Below are positions 1 to 12,100 of a DNA stretch of 64,000 bases, piece after piece. The notes below the pieces were generated by a model. That model did not search any database, was not told where the DNA came from, and was given only the letters and a program-made list of their open reading frames with translations. Numbering within the stretch: position 1 is the stretch's first letter; the number at the start of each line of letters is the position of its first letter. Made by a program: the position numbers and the translations under genes. Origin of the DNA: Ylistrum balloti (Eukaryota); contig NW_026781968.1 in NCBI RefSeq assembly GCF_031769215.1, forward strand, positions 310,001 to 374,000, written 5' to 3'.

Positions 1-210
1 GTTTTACCCTGAAATTTGTTAAGATTATGTATATATAGATAGACGAGGACTGATTGACATGTTGTGAGCCTTGTATTGAGGAGATTAAGTAGGGTTGTGA
101 GCTGTACTATTCCTTGATTATTGAAGGCTGTCTACCCGAAGACTGGTGTCATTTGGTTAGTTTATGTTGAAGAGGTAGCACTCTGAAGTAAACAAGGCAA
201 GTGACTTTTG

Positions 211-329
211 CAAAATGAGCACCCAAGGATATCCATACTGATATGGTAACAACACTAGGGAATGATGCTCCTTCATATGCTGAAGTGAACAGGTGGGTGA
301 CGGAATTTAAGCAAGGCAGCTGGGAATAA
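211..329 (+). mobile_element. Mariner-type transposase N-terminal HTH fragment (intronic relic)
   Basis: 222-329 translates PKDIHTDMVTTLGNDAPSYAEVNRWVTEFKQGSWE*, matching the mariner HTH pattern (IHxDMxxxLGxDAPSYxxVxxWxxEFKxG); frameshifted upstream and truncated. Confidence 0.75.
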
Positions 330-405
330 CGCTATATATGATATGAAAAACTGGTCAATTTAGTAATCGAAACAATGACACCTGGGTAATGTAAAGAAAT
401 GTAAC

Positions 406-1771
406 CTGAACGCCATGGCGCATAGCCAGTGTCTGTAAGTGTGGTGCCATCCTGCCAAGTCCAGACTCCATCCTCACCTCTATGTAAACCAATCCACACG
501 TTCTTCGTTTGTATCAGACTGTAAACGACAGTGATACAGTATCAGCTTCTTATCACGACAACTTTCATTAATGATACCTATGTTTATAAAGTTTAATTCA
601 CACTAAGCCACAGGATATGTGGAACTACGCTGTAGCTATATATTTGTACAGGTTACATGTAGACAACGTACTGACATGTAAATCTCAATTTAACCTAAAA
701 ATTGATGAAAGGAGGCCAAAATATTAATAAAAGATTATAAACACAAAGTAACAGGAGAATAAGACCAGGTGTTGTGGAAGGGAAAGCATCATGCGCTTCA
801 GTATAGATCTTGGTCGATGCCATTTAAGTGATGTCGCGTTCCCAAATGAGACAAAAGTATAACAACAACGAAGTCACCATGCTAATTATTATGTACATCG
901 GAATTATTGATATATAATACATTACAACAAACACCAAGGCAGCACCTGAATACAACAGTTTATATTAATGGTAATGTAGATATACATGCTGCAATACCAT
1001 CACTGTTGGAAAAGATTCCAGGCAGCCGCAACAGTGACATACCCGTCCAGAGGCTTGCTGATCTCCGAGTCTTTGACTTACCCGTCTAAAGGATTCCCTG
1101 TCTCTGTGTCTTTGACTTACCCGTCTAGAAGATTCCTGGCCTGTGTCTTAGACTTACCCGTTTAGAAGATTCCTGGCCTGTGTCTTTGACTTACCCGTCT
1201 AGAAAATTCCTGACCTCTATGAAATCCTCGATAACTTTGGGCATCCACAGAGTACCTCCTAACCCATCACAGAACTCGACAGAATCGTCATAGTTCCTGC
1301 TTCTACTCCGATGAAAACATAGACCATGACTGCTGGGTCCGAACCAGTCTGAGGGGCACGAGACTGGAACGACACGACATTGACACGGATATTAATGATA
1401 TCTCAAACCAGCCATATTGAATATGAAGGAACAATAGAGACAGCGACAAACAACTTGATGTCTTTGCATATGGAACTCACCCAATTAAGTGGCTGAAGAG
1501 TGTGTAGAAGTGATAGATTTTTACACTTGTTTAACCTCTGGTTTTGCACAATTTTAACGTCTTTTTGTAGGATAATATGATTTTTTTTGCATTTCATTTC
1601 CTTACATTCTTTACAGTCTCCTGATTTTTTGTTTATTTGACTTCTTAATCATTCATTACATACTTGAAAAAAAGTAAAATATCTATTTGATGTAAACAGA
1701 AACCTACCTGCATCTGTAGCGTAAGACATCTTCCATACTAGCAACTGTAGAGCTACATAATACAGCGGCAT
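406..1771 (-). CDS. Secreted C-type lectin domain (CTLD) protein, 5' part; gene continues beyond window position 1
   Basis: Exons read by hand on the minus strand: 1771-1708 (MPLYYVALQLLVWKMSYATDA, signal-peptide-like, phase 1, GTAGGT donor); 1363-1195 (VSCPSDWFGPSSHGLCFHRSRSRNYDDSVEFCDGLGGTLWMPKVIEDFIEVRNFLDG, phase 2, GTAAGT donor); 518-406 (LIQTKNVWIGLHRGEDGVWTWQDGTTLTDTGYAPWRSG, phase 1). All acceptors end in CAG and phases match. CPxxW..C..C..GG.L and WIGL..W.W.DG are CTLD hallmarks. Confidence 0.9.
1030..1218. repeat. 37-39 bp tandem repeat (~5 copies) spanning the CTLD exon donor junction
   Basis: Unit ~TCTTTGACTTACCCGTCTAGAAGATTCCTGGCCTGTG; the minus-strand donor GG|GTAAGT recurs at exon-end positions 1195, 1158, 1121, 1082 and (GG|GTATGT) 1043. 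Confidence 0.9.
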
Positions 1772-1814
1772 TTTAGTACCAGTGCACCAACTGTACTGGA
1801 AAACATATAGTGTT

Positions 1815-2420
1815 ACATCCGAAAATCAATCAAAATATACCAAATAACAAACAAAAAATGCAGAAATAAAAACCAAATAATAAACATGAGACATGAATAG
1901 ATAACATGAAACAAATACGAAATAATCAATAAATGGAAATTAAACAAAATAAACAATAAGTAATAAATAGACATACATGAAATAATTAACATGAACAAAA
2001 TAATAAATAGGCATTAACTAGCATGGAATTATCAATGTTATAACGAATAAATAAATAATAATGAATTGATGAATAAATTTGAAATGAATAAATGAACATG
2101 AGAAATTTAACAAATAGGAAATAGTTAACATGATATAACGAATAGATATGAAAAAATGAATAAATGAATATTGACCCAAGAATAAATAAACACGTATTAA
2201 TCAATGTGAAATACTAAATTAATAAATAAATTTGAATATTGAATAAATAAACATGAAATAATGAATAAGTAAACATGTTATGATGAAGAAATGATGAAGA
2301 AATGAACATGAGATAAGGAATAACAGTTATATTTAATAGTAATAAATATGTTATAATGAATAAGTAAATATGTAATAATTACTGAATAAATACTATATAA
2401 TCATAAATCAATAAAAAAAT
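1815..2420. repeat. A/T-rich low-complexity tract (AATAAA/AACATG-like degenerate units)
   Basis: Extreme A bias with recurring aaataa, taacatg, atgaata; the ORFs 1813-1998 and 1986-2204 are I/F/Y/L-rich compositional artefacts. Confidence 0.7.
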
Positions 2421-3479
2421 ATGATGTATGTAAACACACACCTCATCGCCTGCTACATAAGACATTATAAGGATTCGGTATATATTTTGTTGTAAGAAAT
2501 ATTCAGAATGTTTGAATTTATGTATGGTAAATTCATTGTTATAACTTTTTTATAGTTTTTTTGAGGTTTTGTTTCCGTATGAGGCTGAATATTGAAGGAC
2601 ATATCAAATCGGATAACAAAGACCTAGTCCTATCGTTTTAGATATTGATGTTATCATGCCTTTGAATAACGAGTAAGCTAGGTCCATGGCATAAGATACA
2701 AGGAAATGATATATATATATGTAACTAACATACCTGTGTTAGATACTGCTACTAATCCTTGTTAGAATGAGACATCGTTCGTGTTAAACAGTATTCTTCA
2801 ACAGTGTCAACCACAGAATACGTCGATACACCGTGTGTCACGTCCTATATCGATTTGTTTAAGTGGCTGAGCTAATAAATCCACGATTTTTCCGCTCATG
2901 ATGTTGGTCAGTTTGTTATAAAACTCGAAACGTTAACTAGTGTTAGTGAAGGTCATGTATAGTTTGTGATGGCGTACAAATACTGCTATATACTGCCGCT
3001 GACCCTCACGGAACACCTGGTCTTATTCTCGTTTTACATTTAAAGAGTAAGCTTATCAGAATATAAAATGGTCCATGTCTGTTCGAAAGTGATTTCCTTA
3101 CGGAAGACATATTAAGCTACGACTTCTAGTCTTCTTGAACGTGTGAGCTCAGCCGAGACTAAAATTGCATACATCATTATATACACAGATAATACACAAG
3201 CATTTTATTGAAATAAATAACAACAAGTGACATAATTTGTCCAGAATCCGAACTGTCTACCATCTCTGTAGAAGATACTCTGTGCAAGTGTTTGAGCTTA
3301 AATGAAGTGAAGCTATTCTTAAATGTTACTTACACGACAAATTGACACTCGATGATAACTGATTTGTAATGAACATATATGTGTAGAAATATTTCTTTTC
3401 CACAGTTAGATCTATTGTCTTGTTCTTTGGTACGCTTTGTGATTTTCCGTTTTTATGATCCCTGAAGGGAGAGCATATA

Positions 3480-3680
3480 ACCACCGATTTGTCCGTCCGT
3501 GTGTCGATAAGAAGTGAACAAGAACCATAACTATCTTTTGCATAATTTAAAAGTTATTGAACTTTGGTGTGTACATCGGTTAGACTAAGAGAATATGCAG
3601 TGTACCAAATTCAGGGCCTGTAACTTCTTAATCACATAATTATTGCCCTTTGATCAAATTTTCTGTCCAACAAAGTCGTT
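3480..3680. repeat. Non-autonomous interspersed DNA repeat fragment (Helentron/HINE-like); related copy at ~49855-50050 in the opposite orientation
   Basis: GTCCGTCC motif near the start; the reverse complement of 3575-3655 (aaagggcaataattatgtgattaagaagttacaggccctgaatttggtacactgca) aligns by eye with 49857-49915 (aaagggaaataattatgtaatcaaggggttgtaggccatgcatctggtacattaca). Family assignment is inference. Confidence 0.5.
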
Positions 3681-4379
3681 TTCGGGAAACATTCCTCAGA
3701 ACACTGATACTCTTATTTAACATAGTTCTCACGTTGAGGACGTGACATTAGACAAAGCATTAGAATTAAAACGGGTACTAATATTGACTTGGTCATGTTA
3801 TCGGAGTTTTTGAGTTTAAACAACCTCGATACTCCAGGGGTGCAGAGAGCGAAAGTGATTGTAACCCCTGAAGTATCGAGGATGTAATTTAAACGATTTC
3901 CAGGATATATCAAACAAACGGAACTCTATAAATAATTCGCAGACAAGGCGTCTATAGACATAAACTGTGATGTTCTCGTTCATTCTACGTACTTCACATA
4001 CATTTAAAGTTGTCAAACAGAGGTAAGCAATTACCTCAATATCAATGTTTACATTACATATGCTATATACTCATTGAACCTTTAACACCACGTATCAAAA
4101 CCTGCACACACAGGAGACAACACAATGAAATATTAATATTGATGATTTTATCTTTGTCGTGGGTTACAACATTTTGTCATGAATCCATTTAAAACCGTAA
4201 CATTAAAATAAGTTCAACAATTCATAAAGAAATTATTGACGTCCGTTTAAACTGCGTGGTGTTAAATCCATATGTTTAATCAACTAATGCATTAATGATT
4301 TAATATTTAGTGACAAAATCTGATCCAGATGTTTACATAAATCAGTGTAGTTAGACATTATAGGTCATGTATATATATA

Positions 4380-5904
4380 TACCCAAGGGACAAATGAAAC
4401 GCAGGGTAAACTTTGAAGATGATTCTAGGCAAGACGTCGAGTATAATGTTCAATATTTTTAAGTAAGAATGAAGATTAATCCATACAGAACAAACCGCAA
4501 AATAAACAATTTGTTTCTGGCAAGTGATTAAGGAGTAATTGAAGGGAATTGAAAGAGAACTTTGTAATCTGATATCGAAATGGACAGATAATGGGAGCTG
4601 GATAGTCAATACCGGGTGTGTCCCTCATTCGCTCTCTCCACAGCCCTGATTCTCCTATGCATGGAGTGGTTCATGAATGAGTTTGACACCTCATTGGAAA
4701 GTTGGCCCATCTTTCCAAGAGAGCTGCTCTGTTGGGCCAGAGTAACAGGGAGAGGCTGTCAAACCTGTCTATTCTGCCGGTCCCACAAGTGTTCAATATG
4801 GATAGGTCGAGACTGCATGACTGTCAACCCAGTGGGTGGATATTGTTGTTAATGAGAAAGTCGCGACAGATCCACGATACATGGGGCCGAGCATTATCCT
4901 GCTGGAATATGAGGTTGTTTTGCTGCAATAATAGGACAACATGGGGTCGGAGGATCTCGCCTCTATACCTAGTGGCAGTTAAATTATCCGCTACCACAAC
5001 CAGTGATGATTTAACTCCATGTGAGATTCCTCCCCACACCATAACCGGTACCCCCCCCCCCAAAACCTATCCGTCTCTGCTACGCAACAGTCGGCAAACG
5101 TTCTCCACGACGTCGGTATACACGACGTTGACCGTATGCTCCAATTAGGCTGAGCCGGAACTCATCAGTAAACAAGACCCGCCTGCACTGCCTCAATGGG
5201 AATATTCTGGGGGCATGTCTTGCCACCAAAGTTATACGACGCTGGCGACGAGCAGCGGTAAGAGGCGGTCTACAAACGGGTGACGTGTCCACAGACGAAC
5301 TTTCCGCAACCGTTTCCCGACAGTTTTTGCATGGATAGGGCGGTTATGAGTACCTTTAATATGAAGGACAGATTCGATGGCAGTAAACTGCCGATTGCGC
5401 AGGTGCGCGAGACGAATAAATCTGTCTTGACGTTATGACGTCACGCGCGGACGCCCAGACCTGAGTCTGTCAGCAACCCGCCCAGTTTCCCTTAGAGGTC
5501 TTCTAACAAGACGTTCTATAGTGTTAATATGGACACCGAAATGTCTGGCTACCTGTATTTGCCTTTAACCTTGCATAATCATTACAATTGCCTGGCCCTC
5601 TTAACTTCCGTCAGCCGTGCCATAGTTTAATGCGATCAGAAATTAAAAAAAAAACATCCGAAAATAATGTGCCATTATTAAGACTACCTAATAGTATGAC
5701 GAGCAGTGTAACTCAATCTCACAACACTGTTGTGCACGTGATTTTCCCGGAAGACATCGTCATGCAATACAATAAAACAACATTCGATACAGGACCATGT
5801 GCATTGTAATCTAGAGTTGCTTGAGCGATTTTCATTGGTTTTTAACAACGCGTTCGCAAGATATTGCAAATAATGTCACCCTGCGTTTCTTTATCCCCTG
5901 AGCA
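4380..5904 (-). mobile_element. Tc1-family (DD34E) DNA transposon, near full length, inactivated
   Basis: Transposase remnants 5623-4606 (minus): MARLTE..QVARHFGVHINTIERL..GRPRVTS..RVLFTDE..VMVWGGIS..FQQDNARPH..IEHLW..RRIRAVERANEGHTRY*, with several stops and frameshifts and 34 residues between the second D and E. Imperfect TIRs: left TACCCAAGGGACAAATGAAACGCAGGGT, right (rc) TGCTCAGGGGATAAAGAAACGCAGGGT, both flanked by TA. Confidence 0.9.
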
Positions 5905-6079
5905 TACATATCCGTGTCAGTGACTTAGATTGAAATTGGTCTGATCAAAATTTCTTGGTTGGATACATCCCTGATCATAACCAAGGTTTCATATCTGTAA
6001 AATACATCGAGACGATTACCCAATTTCACGCAGGCGACTCAGTTTCGATTTCAACCACACTCGATTAGAATCAACCGGA

Positions 6080-6760
6080 CTCATTCCCGATTCACAATAG
6101 ACTGAAAATGGACAAAGTATAACCCATTTCCTATCTACTGTAACCTGATAGTACAAAGGATGGCAGCAAGAAAATTGGAAAGGGGTTTGGTATGATCTTT
6201 TATGAAGTTTATGAATCCAATGTAAACGAGGAAGGTCCCTATACTTATTATTAATCTGTAATCCAATCGATATATTGGACAAAGTGGAGGTAGGTTTTCT
6301 TCGGTTTTCGAGCAAATCTAGTTCGTTTTGTATGCATTAAATTAAATAGACTGTGGTGTTTGCGGACAGTTTTCTATTGAATCCATAAATGTCTCGACAG
6401 GTCATCTTATGGACGAGTTTTCCTATAGTTTGGACCCTTCATGAAAAGCTTTATATTTTGGATAAATTGCCAATAACTAAGGAGATATGATATGTCATCT
6501 TTAAGTTCAATTTATGTAGCGCTTGCTTGTAATTGGGAAGCTTGGAAGCAATGGGTTCGGAGAAACTGCGAGATATGACAGGGTTAACATTATGTAGTGG
6601 GACTTCTGATGAAGAATATTACTGATGCTGTTAAAGGTTTCCGCGGATGTATACGGAAGACTTATGTATAAACAGTCAACTGTCCCATGTCGTCAATCTC
6701 ACTTCCATATATAGATCATCAAGGACCTGTTTGTAACACGGACCAAGAATGGAATGGTTT
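6080..6760 (-). mobile_element. Penelope-like retroelement reverse-transcriptase N-terminal fragment, degenerate
   Basis: The minus strand gives FMKGPNYRK (~6430) and DLPRLHWIHKLHK (ORF 6016-6315), matching the PLE RT motifs KGPKYRE and LPxLYWIPKLHK; many stops. Boundaries approximate. Confidence 0.7.
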
Positions 6761-8199
6761 CTGATAAGTTTAAAAAAAACCCGAGTAGTTTATCTATTAA
6801 TCCTGTCGTAATGCCGATCGCCTTTGACCAGTGAAGATATCACATTTTCATTATTACACCCAGAGCTTTGTCAGATTTCTTCAGCAATAACAAACTGTCA
6901 AAATCTAGATGAGCACTACTATTGACCAACAGAAACTTACATGATGATGCATTTCATACTTCTCAGAAATAGCCAACTTTCATCGTCAAAATCCAAGATG
7001 GCAACCTGTCTACCATTACTTTATCCATTGCCAAATTCAAATGGTCAAACTAGGACAGTTCCTAGGGAACTTTTAAAGACGACGGCAGCCTGCATGTCAT
7101 TTTATTTTTCTTACGCTGGACCATGGATTCTTAAATAGTGGTAACAAGAATCACATACAGATGGGTAATGGACTTTGGACCTCTAATGATGGTTGGCTAG
7201 AAATCTCCTTACTGGCAGTCCCCACTGCAAAACCATTTTCTTAAGTTTGGACAAATACAAAGCATACAGCTAGGGTAACTATAACCAGCATTTTATTGGT
7301 TAATCTGAGCATGATTTTATATGACAAAATACAATTGCACAGCAAAGGTAAGAGCAACAGCCCTTCCATTTGTTTAATTCTCTATGTCAAGGTCATCCCT
7401 CCTCTTCATGCACATCTGTCCTGCGCTTTTATCCAGGGACATACTGCTGCATCATTTAACATTATCTTTTTTTTCCTCCTGAATAAGGAAAATCTGTAAC
7501 ATGACCGATTAAGGAGTTCGAAAAATTTACACAGAAATTCAATTTTTTTTAAAGAATTTTCAGATTCTATACTGTAAAATATATCAAGATATACACATGT
7601 GAACCTATGTCTTTAACAAAAGTGCGTTATAACTTTACAATCAGCATATCAAACACTTCTAAATTATCAACAGAATTTATGCAAAATGAATATAAAGTAA
7701 CTAAAAAGGAGCAAAAACAAATAAATTGGAAATGTCCTCAAATCTTACAAAAGAATTAAAATTGTTCTTAACTTTTACTTCAAAAAACTTAAGAAATATT
7801 ACATGAACATCAGGGCTTGCCATTATCTTTCTACACCACTTGGTGATCCAAAATTTAATCAATACGGTTTGACCATATATTTTACAGGAAGTTATCAAAG
7901 TTTTCGACCAACTTAATGAGTTGCTTTGGCACCCACAAGCCCAGTCAAAATATTATGTAAACAGAATCTCAATGGTTAACATATTATACAGAATCATATA
8001 CTTAATATACAATTATGTAAAATATCCAATTATATATCCCAGGAAAAAAGTAATCACATGTTGCCAATAGCAAGCCCTTTAAGCATTATCATAAGAAGGT
8101 TTATAAAGGTCAGTTAAGTTTAAAAAAAAAACTTCAAAAACTTTGGAATGAGCAATGAATTGATAACTTATTCCTCAACTCCTACAGTACAAGTTTCTT

Positions 8200-8205
8200 T
8201 TTATT
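8200..8205 (-). terminator. Candidate PDCD4 polyadenylation signal (AATAAA)
   Basis: TTTATT on the plus strand, ~960 nt downstream of the PDCD4 stop; other signals further down cannot be excluded. Confidence 0.45.
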
Positions 8206-9161
8206 TCAACAGTTTACAATGCACATTTGACAAAATACCTCAGTATAAATCCCGAATTGACAAGCATAAAATGTACATGCTATCATTAACTTATGAAATA
8301 TTGAATCATATGGTAAAGATAATTTGATTAGCCCTCAAATGGAATGCCTACTTCTGACATTTCAAGTGTACATGCTATGATCAGGTTTTAGATGAAATCC
8401 ACTAAAATTGCATACTTTACTGTGATAGTGTTGTGGATAGTGACAATCTTTTTATCAATACTGTATATATAATCTTTTGTGTGAAATTATATTAATGTCC
8501 TATGGTGCTTCATATTAAGCCAATATATACAAAATCATAAAAAAATCTTAGAAATAAGCAATTTTTTAAATTTAATATATAGAACATTATATTCTTAAGT
8601 AAAGCAAAATGGTGTCATGGCAAAAATTAATGTAAGTCATATTACATGCACCAAACTTAAAAAAAGAAAAAAAAAAAAAAAAAAAAAGCAAAGATGATCG
8701 GACTTCAAATAATAGCAAATTAAAGCAAAATGAGTAAAATGAAATTGTGATGTTTGTCTCCACATCAATCAGTTAATAAACACACAGAAAAAGGGTTGGT
8801 GATTTCTACCTTCAATCAACACAGTGGCAGTGGTTCCAAGATTGATACAAAAGATTCCATTTAACAAGATAGAAGAACATACAACCATTGTGTAATAACA
8901 TTACACAGGACCTGGATTATCACAGAACACATAACATCACACAAGGTACAATCAAAGATTAAATGCCTCAATGCTAATTTGAAAAAGAAATCTACATAGT
9001 CAATACTGTAGAGTTGCTGCCAGCCAACCGTTCCAACACAAACTTGTATAGCACGTTGTCCTCAAACGTTTCCATGTGAACAAATATATAAGCACTTAAT
9101 TGATTCCATGGTAACCATTTTCATTAGGACGGCACACCATTGTCAGCTTTCCATCCATTTT

Positions 9162-12100
9162 CTACATGATCTGTTCCTTGAGGCGGCCACCATCCCCCTC
9201 TGACACAAAACGCTTCCTTCCCCTGTAACAAAACAAAATCTCTAGTCAATACTGCAACAAAAATGTAATCTTCAATATCAAATCATCTTGAAAACAGTTT
9301 TTTATGGCTTGTCGTATCTAAAATCATCACTTACTTTCACCAGAAATTAAACAAGACCATGGCTATCAGGTCTATGTATACTGTCATCAGTAGAATCTGA
9401 ACAATTTAAAATCTTCATTAATTAATTCATGTAAAAATTAGCCAATATCATACTATCTATCTCTGACAGACATTAAGCAGTCAACTGGTTCCATATAATC
9501 AGAAAACACACAATGCCATACCTCTGAGGTAGTTCTTGAAAGAGATCAGATCCCATCACTCTTCCTTTGTGGCACAAAGTGGCAAATCGCTCCAGCAGAG
9601 TATACGCTGCCGGAACATCCAGAGTAATATCTGGTAATGCATCATACACCCGTTTAAATCCCTGTAAAATGAATAACAAAGAAGAAAAGGTCAGCATGTA
9701 TAAAAAAACGTGCTCAAGGTCCCGAACATGTGTGGTTCTCCTGCTTATTTGACAGTAATATTTACCACTGAATCAATGACTTTTTAGAACAATTTACAAT
9801 TCTTTGGAGGACTCTTAAAGCAAGTGAGCTGATTTTATCAATAAATCCATACAACGAAGAATTAGCATCACAACAAAAGCACCCTTTGTAGTTTTTATCA
9901 AGTCAACTCCAACTATTAACAAATAAAAGCATATATCATTTCATGAAGACTGAAGGTACAAACCTGAGTAACTTGTTCTGGAGTAAGAACAAGTGTATCA
10001 CTCCATGACTTCAATAAGCTACACATCATATCAGCTGCTCGCTGACTTCCATCTTCAAGCACTATTACGGTGGCCTGTTAAGGAATTCATGGCTATCATT
10101 AAACCACCATACATTAAACATGTAATGAATATTATCACACTTAAGAAAATTAATTTTCCCTTAATAAGGTAGATCTATATTCTACAACCAAAATCATGTA
10201 TCATGCTAACTTAGATTCAAAATGAATTGAGTACGAAATACTTCTGAAACTGTGCTTTGGAAAAATTAATAACATTAGCCATTTTCCGTTGGCCTGAATA
10301 TGGGTCATTTTAGTATGTTATCATCTATGTCAATGTATGTATTAAGTGTCATTGTATATTGACATCTGTATCAAATTTGGTAAATTCAACCATTCTACAT
10401 TACAGCATTAGTATTAATGGACTGTCTCAGCTCTAAAGCTGAAACTGCACAAAATAAGCACCATGGACCCACCTTGTACCTAGGAAAGACAATACCATGT
10501 TTTACTGTAAATACTACCCCTCCTTGAGTGGAAAAACTATCGACCAAAAGTAGGGAGTGATTTACTTGTGAGCATCCACTTGGACATTAGTGTCTGCCAT
10601 CCTTGATTATTGTTGCATCTTACTCTGACCAAAGATACACCCTATTACGCTATGATCTTTTAACCAGTAATTTATTTTGACTAAGTTATGACACAATAAC
10701 CAGGAAACAGAAATAATACTCCAGTTTATGGACTATTTGACTGCTAATGGTGAAAAATTACGACAGATAAAGTTGGCCTCATCCTATGACACGTGAAAAC
10801 TTCCCAGACTTATAATCTTGTTTGGTAGCTAGGAAGTAAAAGATCTGCTTGTTTCCATATTTTAGTCACAAAATGACAGTAGATCACTTCTGACTACTTC
10901 TTTATTTCATTGTATTTCATATTCTCTGCAGTTAACCTCATAAAATTGAAAGAGAACTTTTTTGAAAATAAATCTTCACAATAATGGCAGTTGATATGCT
11001 GTTTATTTTCACTAGCAATTCTGATGACAATAAAGGATTTAATTTGTCTACAACCATTGATAAAGAAGTATTGAGATGCAACATAATAAACAAGTCATAA
11101 AGGAATGGCTTATATGTCAGCGAGGTCTGGATGTCAGGTAAGACCTTGCGCATGTGACATTTCAAGCTTACACAGGTAGGCCATAAACTGAATTATCAGA
11201 CAGATTTTGAGGTGAGCTGATAGGGCCAGTGGTTTTTTTAGTCTGATGATGGCCCAGGAATTTCAACATTGCTGATAGTCGCGGTAAATAATACATTCAA
11301 TGGATGGTTGAAGAAACAGTTGCCTGAAATAACGATTTTGTTGATACAATAGTCTACACCATAATGTTTGTTTTAGGAATACTTTTTTGCAGTATGAGTT
11401 GTCTAAACATTTTTTTAAAACAACAAAAACATGATTTTTGATTTGTGAATTTCCTTTTTCTCACGTGGATGTTTTTTCCCCTTCACTTTTGGTGGTGGCG
11501 GCAGCGGCGGCTGAATTGCTAGTAACCCTCCCCTCTTTTTCCTGGTGGACAAACTTAAGTGGAGATAAGATTGGTTTATTTGCAGGAGGAGACATACCAT
11601 ATACAATAAAATACTGTATCTTTCAGATCAAACTTGAATTCACTAACTCACCTCATAGACAACCTCATGATGGAAGTGTGGAACCTCAAGTTCTTGGAGA
11701 CATTGAGTGGCTTCATGGATATCGCCTGAAGACAAGTACTCTTTCAGCAGCATGACCATCTACACAGGAGAAGGGAAACAACTTCTATTACCACATGTAG
11801 AGACAATGACAAAATACCAAACTGTTTTAATGGGGGTCAGTATTAGCTAATAACAACAAACCTTAAGCTTTTAATATTGAAATAAATACTGACTTCCAAC
11901 ACAACCAAAACAGAAAGTATATCTTAACACTTACTTTCTACCATCATTTACCAAAGACCAATACAATATAATTCAATTTATCCTTTTCTTATCTGTCATT
12001 TATGGCAATGAAATAACAGGTCTTCTTTTATTTTGACTATATTAGAAAATCGATGTCGATCATATCTAGATACTATCATGGCAGCCAGGATTTACATCCA

